DNA of 64,000 bases from the NCBI GenBank assembly GCA_038496445.1, contig JALMLS010000103.1:1-64000 (forward strand), in the 5' to 3' direction. Under the pieces are notes generated by a model that was not told the DNA's origin, ran no database searches, and saw only the letters and a program-made list of their open reading frames with translations. The stretch comes from Trichosphaerium sp. ATCC 40318. Its lineage: Eukaryota; Protista; Tubulinea. How positions within the stretch are numbered: position 1 is the first letter of the stretch; the number at the start of each line of letters is the position of its first letter. The position numbers were made by a program, and so were the translations under genes. Below, piece after piece: positions 10,725 to 22,595 of the stretch.

Positions 10725-13527
10725 TTAAAGAAGCTCAACGTAGTTGGAAGGGAAGTTTCCTTTTTCACCTTTCTGGTTCTCACCAAAGTACCAACCCTCA
10801 TCTTCATACTCTATCGTAATCTCATCGCCTAGAAAACACCATCAACAAAGATCTTGAACGCGCAAAAAAGGAGAAAAACGAAAAAAAAAACCCTTCAGGC
10901 GAAAAAATTCATCCACCGCCGCAGCGGTGCAACAGGAGTACAATGATGTTTGTGTGAAATTCTATGAAACAACAAGAGCTCTTTAGCGTCCTTGTTGCCT
11001 TTTTTCTTTCAAGTTTTTTTGGTTTTGATTAAAAGATTGAGACGTTAGAGACCTTCCAAATAATGTACCTTCAGCGATTGTTAACTCAGTGTCATCTTCA
11101 GCTTCATATGCGTATAATACTTTGCATTTTGTTTGAGGTGCAATTTTCTTTGCATTGTTATCTGATTCTTCGCCAACAACTTCAACAAAGTTGCATGGGA
11201 ATACACCAACGTTGCCCTTTAGTTCACCGCGCCACCAACCAGACTCGTCTTTTTCCAATAGTATAATAATATCACCTTCCTAAAGACGAATAAGTGACTA
11301 GCCAGTAAGGAAAACAAATTAATTAAATGATGAGTTTTCTAATCATCAGTGCGTTGTTTGTACTCAAAAACTATGCACTATTACGCATGTATCACTGGCA
11401 AAACAACCCACGATAACAAAACCAATTGTAAACAAGTGTATGAACGAAAATCTGTCAAAAAGAAAAAGTGTGCTCTGTGGATTTCATCAAAAAAAACGCA
11501 CAGCCATTGTGAGTTCGTTGTCTTCCTGTGCTTCATATTCGTATATGCATCTCAATTCCACTTTATCACCATCTGCAGCTCCTGTACCATTACTAGCAGA
11601 AGGCGTAGGCGCAGTAATTGTGACGGAAGTCTCTGCAGCTTTTGCTTTTTCCTTTTTACCTTTCTTTGGACTCTCAAGAGGAGCAGAAGGCTAAATCCAG
11701 TAAGAAATCGATATTTCCTTCTGCGCCAAAAAGAAAAACAGAAAAAGGTTGTTTCCCCTCAAAACGTCATTTAATTCGGTTAAAGTTATACGTACCGAGT
11801 AGGTAGATGTCTGAGGGCTTGATACAATTGTTACAGATGTCTTTTCAGAAGTATCGGGCTTGACAGCAGACTTCTCAGCTTTCTTACTTTTACGAATATG
11901 TTTCTTTTTTGTTGTAGGTGACTTTCCTTTTGGCTTTTTGTCGGCTTGTGTTGATGGTGCGCTTGCAGTTGTCCCATAATTATTCTCACTAGACGTATCC
12001 GGTTGTGTATGAGGTACGTATTGAGCGCGAGCAGGTGGAGGAGTTCCAGGACGATTAGATGAAACGAAAGAGTCCAAATCAGCAGGAATATTGACATCCT
12101 CGACAGTACTCCTTTGTTTATCAGATGAAGATACTGCTAATGGACCAATCTCAGCCTATAATAATCCTAAAAGTAAGTACAAAGGTGTAACACAACGAAA
12201 TAAAGGAGAAAATGGGAAAAACTCTGAGATCGTCAAAACCGCGTACATCGAGCTCGCAATAACGAGAAAACCATTTTTTAGTGTTATTCAATCTTTCTAA
12301 CTCGCATTGTTCCATATCCTAAACCCAAATCATCAGAATAAATTCACATAACCCAAACACACTCTCTAACTACCCTTATACTTCCTATTAAATACAAATA
12401 AACGTACTTGTAATATTTTAGGCATCTCATGGTCATAGAATTTATCCTGGCAAGTTTTAAGTGTATTAACTGTTGCTGTATAATCACTATCGGCCTTGTC
12501 AGCCTTTTTCTTGTCTCCTTCGAGTTTTTTTTGGAACTACAAAAAAAGTGTGTCAGAGACGAAAAAAACTGCACAAAAACGTCATCATTAGAGAGTAGTC
12601 TTAGATCTCTATGTATAATAATCATTTGATTTGTTTATTACCTTTGTTACGTTTCCTTGTGCTTGTTGTGCCTTATCTAAATCCTCTTGGCTCTTTTCTT
12701 GGGTCTTACGGAACTTACGGTACTTAGCACTTGCCTATTAATCACTCAGGAGCTGTTTTTGTTGTATTTCTGATTTTACGCACCTGTTCCATACTCGTTT
12801 CGTTCTTTTGTAGTTCTTTAACAAGCTTCTGTCCGTTTGATATCAGCTAAGGAGTATACTTAGCAAACTACAACGCAGGAAAATAATAAAAAATTATTAT
12901 TCGCACTGTAGCCTTCTTTTTCTTCTCTTCTCCTCTTAAGAAGTTTTGTATTGGCGTGACAATGTCTGACGAGAGCTTTTCAGACAAATCGATATGAGCC
13001 TGTGCATTTATGCCGAGTTCTGCTGTAAGGCATGCCCACGCAGTATTTGTTGACCTTTATAGTGTCATTGATGATATTACGAAGAAAACGTTATTTTGAG
13101 GCCGTTTAATTTAAATCCTGCTATTTAAAGAAATAGGTGCCCCCTATGCATAGGAGAACGCAGTATACGGTGTAAAGATTGCCAAAAAGATGGATAAAGC
13201 GTACGCGATTTCTAGATCCTTTTCAAATGACTTGGACAGTTTCAAGAGTGCTTCACCATAAGAGCGTTCTATATCAGCCCTTTTCTTGCAGAACTTTGAC
13301 AATTGTGCTGAAAACTGGTCTCCAGTGTGTATTTTGGAAGTAACTTTGTCAAAGCCGTCCTGATGAGGAGAGTTAGGACTAATCGCGCGCTAAGGGCACA
13401 AAAACCAATTCTTCCGGTTCGAATTACCGTAATTGGTTTATATATAACCCTCTTTAAACGTTTGATGGCGTAAAAAGGCAAAAAGGAAAACAATCTGCTC
13501 TCGTACCCATAGCTCTTCAAATCCCAT
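10725..13527 (-). CDS. F-BAR (FCH) domain protein with two C-terminal SH3 domains (PSTPIP/PACSIN/nostrin-like), multi-exon
   Basis: MGFEELW|DGFDKV...FCKKRADIERSYGEALLKLSK (FCH), a Pro/Lys-rich linker, then SH3 motifs GWWRGELKGNVGVFPCNFV and GWYFGENQKGEKGNFPSNYVELL-stop. Confidence 0.9.
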
Positions 13528-13711
13528 CTTTTTATTACAATGTAGTTAAAATACAGGCTTCACACGACACTCTAAAAGGGGTAGCAACCTTTTTTGATAA
13601 ATAAAAAACACTGGAACTTTTTGGACTACACATTTTTACGATAAAGTTAACAAATTGCGTCATACTTATGACTGTCTCTTGGGTTTTTTGTTACATACAC
13701 TGTTCTTTTAT

Positions 13712-16700
13712 TTACCACACGTCTTGCAAGAACTTTTTTTGTTTTCCCAGTTTAGCAATGTACTCAATTGCTTCACGTTCTGTTAGTACACCGTACTTTT
13801 TAGCAATATCTACGAGCGTCTGTTTAACTTCTGCTGCCATCTTTTTACCGTCCCTGTAAAAATAAGTAAGTTTCATCTACACGTATTTGTTGTCTTGTTT
13901 TCAGCATTTTTTTTTGTGTCAATGAATCACAAATAAAATGTGGGAATAGTTGATGAACTCGAGAAAAAGAGACCAATAAAAAAAGAAAAAATAAAAAAAA
14001 AGATTGTCGTTACTGTGTGACAATATTGATGACATTTTTCGTTTACTCTACGTAGTACGTACCCGCATATATATACATAGGATGCTTTTTTGTCAATGAG
14101 TTCCCAAATGCGTTGAGCATTTTCCTCCTTTTGCATGAGATGCTGTACGTAAACTTTCTCGTCTTGAGCACGCGAAAACGCTGTGTGTAGTTCCAAAAAG
14201 TCTTGTTCAACATAAGCCTCTAGCTCTTCTTTGTAAATGTAGTCAATGTCAGGGTGACGGCAACCAAAGTACAAGACATTAATCATATCAGGTGTATTTC
14301 CTACACGTGACAGTAAGCGACATTGAAGACATAAATTTGGATTTGTGGATAACTAGCTCAGTACAAAATCCAGAAAAAAAAAATCGTACGCTCTAATTTT
14401 TGAACCATTCTTCGCTGTAAAAATCCTCTGAAAGGAGCAAGGCCGGTACCTGGGCCAACCTAAATATCCAGTAAGGAAATTGTTCTTAAAAGGTATATCT
14501 GTACCATAATAATAGGTGTGTTTGGTCCTGGAAGCTTAAACTCTGAGTCACGTGTTACAACAGGTATTTTTGGAGCTGGTTTTCCCTCTAGTAGCGATAT
14601 TAGGAAATAAGATATTTATTTTTGCAGATAAAGGTTACCTTGAGGGATTTGATCTTTATCTGCAAGCCATGTTGTGCAGACGCCATCATGTTGACGATTT
14701 GTTGGTGTCTTATACTGTGTAACAACGGCAGTGATATGACATTCTGAAGGTTTAGCCTGCTTTAAAGTAAGAAAACATTCCCTGTTGCAATAATACTGTT
14801 CCACGTAAAAAGGATGATTGCGTACGCATAGGCTTGATGAGATTGAATACAATCTTGGATTTAGTCTAGGCAATGCTTCGAGCATATGATCCAGAGGGGG
14901 CTTGACTGATTTAAAGTCGTTCAAAATTTCTATGATACCATTCAGTAAAAAAGGAACGATGCTCGCTTTCGAATTGTTAACGTACCCAAGATAGTACGTT
15001 CATTTTTAGCAACGTAGTCAGTAAAGTAATCAGCGTCCTTAGGATCATCTGAAGCTAGTCTACGTAATTTCTTTTTTTCCTGCAATGTCACGTCAGTACT
15101 TGTTTGGTTTTTTTGGGAAGGGAAATAAGATATTTGTGCGTACATCTTCATCTGTTGCGTAAGCAGCAAGTACTTTAATCAGTGACTTTTTAGGTTTAGA
15201 TAATAAGTCATAGTATTCTCTCAATGCAGTTTTGAGTGTACATGGGCCAATAAGAGGAGTTTTATCATCTACAGAAAATGGTTGTTAACAAAACCCACTT
15301 TTGTTTGAAGAAGAAAAAAGAGTTTCGTGACTTTGTTGATGACATACTTGCTATCGAGTACATGGCAATGATTTGATCAACATCTGCTCCTAACCTTGCT
15401 GATAATCTGTGAACAGCATTGAGGCTATTTTTTGGAAATACTGCTACATGTCCTCCTGTATGGTACTTGAGATCACCAATGTTGATCTACCAAAAAAAAT
15501 TAATCAAACGTTTGGTGTCGTGCTTTGTAATTTGCTGTTTTCGAAAAATTGAAAATAAATGATCGTTTTGGAAGTAAGCTTATGTTACCTCAATATGGCG
15601 ACATGAACGATCGGACTTGCTACTGTGTAGTTCACGGTTTACTAATACATCTGCAAAATGTACAGTTTTGCCTTCATAGCTAGGTAATGGGATAAGCGAA
15701 GGTACTTGTTTAAGCGAACACAATTTGGAGGTGAAACAATAATTAAAATGACTTACGCTTTGCTACCACGGATGATCTCTACATCTAGATCCTTTACAGA
15801 ATCATGAGTTTTATCAAATGTCTTCATAGTCTGTCTTCGTGGTCTAATAATATACAAGGTTAAAAAAGTTACATGAACAGAGATTTCAAGTGTCAAAACA
15901 AAATTGCTTTTTTTTTGTTAAGTTCATATTTCTTTTATTTGCACGTACGGTGGACGGTGTTCATCTACAGCTGATAGGGTGAACTCCTTTGATACGTCCT
16001 CCCAAAAATCAACCTTCCAGTTTACAAAGTCCTCTTCTAAGCTAACTCACAGTAAGCAAAGTTGCAAGGCAAATCGGGAAAATAAAAAAAGCGTCTTGAT
16101 AAAAATCCATCTTCTGGAGTCCTTGACTTACTTTGCGTCATCGTCTCCTTCTCCTAATGTAGTAACACGTGCAGCGCCAAGCTCTTCAAGGCGTGAATCG
16201 ACAGTTCTACCCATGGCGTTGAATAATTCGTAAGTTTTGTTTCCGAGACCGAATACCGCAAATTTAGTTCCCTACAACCAAGAAAGTAAGTTTTATTATC
16301 ATTTGTGAAGCGTTGAAAGCAGTTTGTTTGAAAAAAGAAAAAAGCGTGCAGTCACGCACTTTGAGCATGTCCTCAGGATGGTTCTCGTTCATCAGCCACT
16401 CGTGGAATTCAATGGCATTGTCTGGAGGGTCTCCCTATGAAGTATACGTGAGATAAGGTGTATGGCACAAACTATTCTCATGAGTGTTCTCCATTGTGTT
16501 TACTACGCAGATGGTAATGTTTTATGGCGTAATACGTACCTCTCCGTATGTTGCAGTGCAAAATACAATAAACTCTTCGAGTTCAAGGCATTCCTATGTA
16601 ATATGAGCGTGGTTGAGCGTAATAAAGTGATAAGGACAAAAAAGCGTACGTGATCAAACTCTTCCACGTCAACAACTTGAGTTTCGAAGCCCCTACCTTG

Positions 16701-17014
16701 TGCCTCTTCCTCAAGGCGATTACAGAAATCTTCCGCTGTTCCCATTTGTGAGTAGTAAAAGAAAGACACTGTTGGTTTGGAACCAGGCTCCTATAGAGGT
16801 TGAGGCTATGTAACTTGTGTTTTCGTACCCTCTTTTTTTTATCTACCCTCTTTGGGCGTGGAGCCGCCTTTGGTATCGTTTTAGCGCTACTACCGTTTTT
16901 CTTGCCAGCATTTGGTGAAAACGTAATTTCAGGCTGTGGCGTAGAGTTATGGAAGAAAAACCAGTATATAACAGCCCCAATAACTATAGTTGAACTGATA
17001 AGTACAAAATACAT
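13712..17014 (-). CDS. POR: NADPH-cytochrome P450 reductase, multi-exon
   Basis: N-terminal TM anchor, flavodoxin motifs YYSQMGTAEDF and FGLGNKTY, PRLYSISSS, GVCTTWL, VGPGTGLAPFRGF, YFGCRH, AFSR..KVYVQH and terminal QDVW-stop. Confidence 0.97.
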
Positions 17015-17593
17015 GACTCTCTTTTGTTTCTACTGGTCTACTTTAAGGTTTTATGAAATTGCTTGAATTTTTTCCTAATTTCCATTTTTTCATGCGGCAG
17101 TTATTGCGCTATTTCTTTGTTTTACGCTCAGTGAAAACGGAAAAACATAACGTTACTATCAGTCATATTGTGAATACGGATATTTTGCGGGTATACGTTC
17201 TACCGAGTTTAAAAGAAAACAAGTTTAGAGAATAGATGACTCATCGCCCACGTGGGCGTACAAACAAATTTACCCGCTCGTTCAATCATTAGCTTCACTG
17301 AGGTTTTTGTAACATCATAGTTATGTTAGGTGTAGTATCATGTAACTTTAATACAGCGCAGACGAATGCAGTGTATTATGGTAGGAACGGCAAAGGAATC
17401 TGAAGATGTTCTATCTATAGGTGTTTAATCGCAAAATCTCACTCAATACTAAGAAAGTAGAGGCCAATCTATGTACTCAGCACGCGGTCACTTCCTAACT
17501 GACCGTTGCTTTCGAGCCTCAATGTATCCATACCAGGTGAAAATACTAATTAAGGTTTATTGCTAAAGAACATTTCAGTGTTTCTTGGGTGTC

Positions 17594-17960
17594 CTAAGTG
17601 CGTATTGGAGGCTTTACGATGTAGTACTCTCCTAGACGAGTTTGGGGATTCAAGATCTTCCAGTTTACTTCTTTGAGATCTGGATGAGTTGCAGAGCCTG
17701 TTTCAACCAACTTCCCATCTACAACTTGATTCCAAGTTTTTAAATCGATGTTGGTTACAACAGCTCCTTCAGTAGGCAGTATGTGGCCTCTCCAGTAACA
17801 CAATACTTTAAGACTTCTCACCATATCTGGGTTGATACAACCAGGATCTATGAAGCGATTGACCAGATTAATGGCGTATATTCCTTTAAGACCTTCCAAG
17901 TCGTCGAGTTCTATTCCATCATGTCCAGAATTGTTCAGTGTATGAACACCATTAAAAATA
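17594..17960 (-). pseudogene. Short ORF beginning with LRR-family remnant repeats
   Basis: VHTLNNS and LEGLKGIYAINL resemble the LxGVHTIxL repeat of neighbouring F-box/LRR genes. The remainder is unrecognised. Confidence 0.35.
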
Positions 17961-18040
17961 TTGCTCTTTCAAATGGCCATTCTCATACCATACTCTGAAC
18001 TCTCCTTCTTGTTTGCCTTTAACAAAGCAAAATTGCTCTT

Positions 18041-18795
18041 TCAATTGCTCAGTTTTATACCATGTCTTGTACTCTCATCTAATATACCATCAATAAAGAA
18101 ATAGTGTTCTTTCAATATATCATTCTTATGCCATGTTTTGTACTCTCCGTCAAATTTACCATTAGCATAATTACACTCAATACATACCTTGCCAAAGGAA
18201 GTCCACTCCTTGTACATGCCATGAAGTTTACCATTAAGGTAGTTACAATAGCGCAACACATGACCATTTGCAAACCATTCCCTGTACACTCCGTCTTCCT
18301 TATCAGCAATGTAGGTACAATGCTGTAATAATTGACCATTTTCATGCCATTTCTTGTACTCTCCTTCAAGTTTATCATCTTTATAGTAAGTATGCAGTTT
18401 TATTCCACCACTGCTATACCAACACTTGCACTCTCCATGCTTTTTATCACTGACAAAATGACAAACTTTTTCTTTTTTGAAGTCAAACCATTTCACATAT
18501 CTTCCTGATTTTTTACCGTGAATGAAGATAATCTCTTCCGTTAAGATATGGTTCGGATGGAAGTGGGTATCAATTTGCCACTTGCCATGTTTTTCAAGCT
18601 CTAAATCAAATCGTGTTGTAGTAGCCGTGAATATAGATAAGAATGGCCACTTTTCAGATACTTCTTTGTCCAAATCGATGATATCAAGTTGAAGCTCCAG
18701 AGGGAGACTCAATAAGCCAAAATCCTGTTTACCAGCATTTATCTGCAAATGTTATTAGTAATTAGAGGAAATATGCTTACTTGTTTTGCTGTCAT
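18041..18795 (-). CDS. F-box-like + MORN-2 (YwqK-like) repeat protein with one 5' intron
   Basis: MTAKQ|intron 18743-18780 (gtaag...ctaat...gcag)|INAGKQDFGLLSLPLELQLDII, then repeats such as GKLEGEYKKWHENGQL and GKLHGMYKEW. Confidence 0.85.
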
Positions 18796-19227
18796 TGGTG
18801 AATTCACTGTTTGTTTTGGCAAGTGACATTTTTTTTAAAGTCAGTGTTGTTCAAAACTACCAGATTACGCTGTGACGTGTAGCAAATGTGTTTAGAGCCT
18901 ACCAATACTACCGTCATTACTTACGCTTTAGTGCAGTTTCAATACGAACTATAAGTGTCATTCAAAACGTTCAGAAGTAGCAAATTGATGAACGGCAGTT
19001 CTTTCAGGTAACTAGAGTCCTGGGAGGATGTTAAGTGGAGTGCTAGATGCTCGTGTTAATTTCTTTCATGCTCCTATCAAGCACGTGATTATTTTTAAAC
19101 TCTAGAATTCCTTTAGGAGACTACAGTTGACCTGCCAGTCAGTGCAAAATCGCTTGATAGCCTTGAAAGATGAACGCCAACAATAAACGGCAAACAAATC
19201 CCATAAAAAGTACTACACCTTCACAAG

Positions 19228-20040
19228 ACGATATACCACGGAGCTATGGAACGAAATAATATCACTCTTAAATGAAGATTCAGATCGCTGTGCTGTAGCA
19301 TCAACATGCCTCAAATTCAAAGACGTCATACACGACAACATTGGCTACAACAAAATTTACGCCACAGAATTCAGTTCCAAAATGATCTTTGAAAGCAAAG
19401 GGGATACAACGAAATACTCTCGTGGTTGTTCCTTCTTGCTGCTCTTGCGAAAAAAAAGGCTCTGGCGAATTATGTGCCTGTCTCTTAGAGCACATGCCAA
19501 TCTACAAAATAATTCTGCAACGCTTGGCACAAGTAAGACATATAGACCTTTCTCCTTGTGCTTGGTGGTGTTGTGATTTCGACGTTCAACATCTGCAAAG
19601 CCCTCGTTCTCTGAGCATCCCTGGTTTTCACGATGTAACTACAAACTCCTCAAACAGCTCGCTGGTATCCATTCAAAAAACCTGAAGCGCGCCCATCACA
19701 TAGACGAGGAAGCTGTTTGTTCTCTTTCCGGAGTCCACAGTCAACATGTCAAACTGCGAATGTGTTTCTGATGTGAGTCTAAAGGCACTAAAAGGTGCCC
19801 ATACATTAATCTCGACTACAACACGCCACCACTGATGACGGCCTACAATCTCTCACTGGCGTTCATACAATATTTTTGATGTACTGTGCTAACATCACAG
19901 ATTACGGGTTAAAAGCACTCGCAGGTGTTCACACAATTTCGTTGAGAGGAGGCAACATCGCTGACGCTGGATTGAAACACTTGGCAGGTGTGCATTCAGT
20001 TGACATAAGTTATATGTGTTCAAGTTTCAATGCGGCTCCA
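19228..20040 (+). pseudogene. Frameshifted F-box/LRR family gene
   Basis: ELWNEIISLLNEDSDRCAVASTCLKFKDVIHDNIGYNKI, then repeats ITDYGLKALAGVHTISL and IADAGLKHLAGVHSVDIS spread over several frames. Confidence 0.8.
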
Positions 20041-20074
20041 GACGTATTACAGGCGAAGGTCTCAACGCATTACA

Positions 20075-20235
20075 GGGTAAACAGGAAGGCGAATTCAAGG
20101 CATGGCATGAGAATGGCAAATTGAAAGAGCAAATATTTCTGTACCAATGGTAAAATTGAAGGAGAATACCGTTGTTGGGATTCCCACAGTAAACTGATTC
20201 ATGTGTATTCTTACATTAAGGGTAAAAAAGTAATT
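20075..20235 (+). pseudogene. MORN-2 repeat remnant joined to the LRR pseudogene
   Basis: GKQEGEFKAWHENGKLKEQ, a frameshift, then NGKIEGEYRCWDSHSKL...YIKGKK. Confidence 0.7.
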
Positions 20236-20662
20236 ATAATGGGTTACAATTAGACAGTAATTTTTCATACGTTTTTTGTTAGACAAAAATAAATTTGTTT
20301 TTGATTTTCTAGTGACTCATTGGAGACGCATGGGAAGTTTCCGGAAATATTCTGGTAGAATTTGCAGAACTGAACATTTACCTTCTGGTGGTTCTGTTAA
20401 CTACCATTCGTGGTATGTTCAATGATATGTGCTATTTCATGAGAACTGGCTTGTACCTGGAATAATACATTTTCTAGGAATACTTTAACCGCATTGCTGA
20501 GAGAAATGAAAAGCTACATAACCAGCGAGTGTCTGTCCGTTTTGTCCGTGAATCTGTTTGACCCTTTTAGCGTTTATTCAATACAACATTTTCTAACACC
20601 AACCAAGCTTGTACTGCTTCCAAACACCCTTCGATTTACCCGTATCAAGGAACTAATAAACA

Positions 20663-21529
20663 ATGAAGAAACAGCAGAAAAACGCTGTTCTGAGCACAAC
20701 GCTAGACGTACCAAATGAAATAACCGCTGACATACTCTCCAATACTTCGAGAAGAGTGTGTCAAAAATTTAGACGTGTGTCTAAGCTTTGGAAAGATATT
20801 TTAGATACCAACGTTATTCCTAACAAGCCTGGTATCATTTTTTATGTCAGTGGCACGGAATCAACACGTACCGGTGGTACAAATGACCGACCTCTTAATT
20901 TCGAATCTATTCTTGGCGTATACCAATCCTATCAACTCGCTTTACAGGCGGCAATAAAAGCAGTTGAAGTAAATATAGAAGATGACGAAAGTGATAGTGA
21001 AGATGAAGAGGAAGAAGAAGACAAAGACAAAGAAGAAAACGAGGATGATGAAGAAGAGAGTGAAGACGAAAAACCCAAGTATATTTCTGAGGAGAAGAAG
21101 AAGCTTCATTTACTGCATAACAAAAAAGGTGAATGGGGACTATGGTGTTGCATTAAAGTCAAAACCATGTCTGTTAAGCAATCTGTATTGGACGGATTAA
21201 GCCATGTTTTCGTTTTGTGCAGTATAAAATATCAGAAAGACACCTATTGCGATAGAGATTACACTTTATTGGGTGTGTATACAGATGAGCTTAAAGCTTA
21301 TAATCGTGGTATTACATACATGGAAAGGTATGCGGAAGAGAGCGAATTAGAGTCAAGTGATGACGAGGAAGATCCAGAAAATGAGAGCAATTTGTCCGCT
21401 GCAAAGAAAAAGTTTAATATTCTCAAATCTCAGTATGATAATGATATGACTAGCGATGATGGTTATTTTGATCATATCGCTGAAAACGCATGTTGTTTGA
21501 GCATGAAAAAAATGCTAATAGAATACTAA
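20663..21529 (+). CDS. Intronless F-box protein with an internally duplicated (I/L)LGVY module and acidic tracts
   Basis: F-box LDVPNEITADILSN...FRRVSKLWKDIL. Two units (ILGVYQSYQLA, LLGVYTDELKA), each followed by D/E runs. Confidence 0.8.
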   Translation: MKKQQKNAVLSTTLDVPNEITADILSNTSRRVCQKFRRVSKLWKDILDTNVIPNKPGIIFYVSGTESTRTGGTNDRPLNFESILGVYQSYQLALQAAIKAVEVNIEDDESDSEDEEEEEDKDKEENEDDEEESEDEKPKYISEEKKKLHLLHNKKGEWGLWCCIKVKTMSVKQSVLDGLSHVFVLCSIKYQKDTYCDRDYTLLGVYTDELKAYNRGITYMERYAEESELESSDDEEDPENESNLSAAKKKFNILKSQYDNDMTSDDGYFDHIAENACCLSMKKMLIEY

Positions 21530-21544
21530 CTATAGAATCAACGG

Positions 21545-22165
21545 TCCATATGGATTACTTGCTACTTTTATTATCTCCACTAAGCCATTTAGCAATACCA
21601 TCATCTGTAATACCAATGTAGTAATAAAGTACTATTGTGTGAACACCTGAAAGAGCCTTGATACCATCTGTAATATTACAACACGAAATGTTTATTGCGT
21701 GAACACCTGAAAGCGATTTAATACCTCATCTGTAATGTTACGGGCACCACGAAGACCAATAGTATGAACTCCTGAAAGCGCTTTGAGACCACCATCTGTA
21801 ATTCTACAATTACCACAAAGATAGATAGTATGAACACCTGAGAGAGCTGCGATACCTTTGTCTGTAATGTGATTGCACTTATAAAGGTTTATTGTATGAA
21901 CACTAGAAAGTGCTTCTCATCTGTAATACTACAACAAGAAAGGTCTATTGTATGAACACCAGGAAATAGGCAATACTATAAGCTTCATTTCCAACAACTT
22001 TGATTTTTGTTCTCTGAAGAGTGCTGGCGTGTTGATGTGATGTTAGAGCAGTGAATACAGAAACACAGTGTTTGTGCCTTTGATTCGATATTAACTCTGT
22101 CATACGCTGGTTCTTTTTACTGCATAGCGTAAATAGTAAATATGCTGTGAGTTCAGGAACACGTG
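21545..22165 (-). pseudogene. Frameshifted F-box/LRR family gene
   Basis: The reverse strand carries repeated ITD(E/D)GxKALSGVHTIxL units broken by indels, and a degraded F-box VPELTAYLL upstream. Confidence 0.8.
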
Positions 22166-22595
22166 TTTTCCGCTGTGAAGATTTTAGTTTGACATTTTGT
22201 TGACTAACATTGTTTTTATTTAAGCATTGAAGAGTGGAATCTCCTTGGCTAAAGCCGCCAAGGGTGTCATGTCGCCGCTGCTTCTCCACGCTCTCGAAAA
22301 TGCCTACAACGATACTGGAAGTTTTACCAACACGTGTTCAACAAACAAAATTATGATAAACCTGAGTTGCAAACCGCCTTTGCATGGTTGACTCGTGTTC
22401 GCAGTAGACTATGTGGAAGCTTCAGTTAAACGTATTACCTGAGTACTTGAATATGGTGGATAATGAGATACTGCACTATGTAGATGATAAGCGCTTTCCA
22501 AGTATACATGGCGTTACACCAAGCAAACAAGTTCTCATCTAATACAAGGTTGCTTACATACAGACAAAGAATCTAACACGTTTTATTTGGAATAT

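Noticed and set aside
17594-22300. Integrated giant-virus genome segment
   Set aside because: No NCLDV hallmark genes (capsid, PolB, A32 ATPase, VLTF) are visible. Only repeat-protein families are present, one with a spliceosomal intron.
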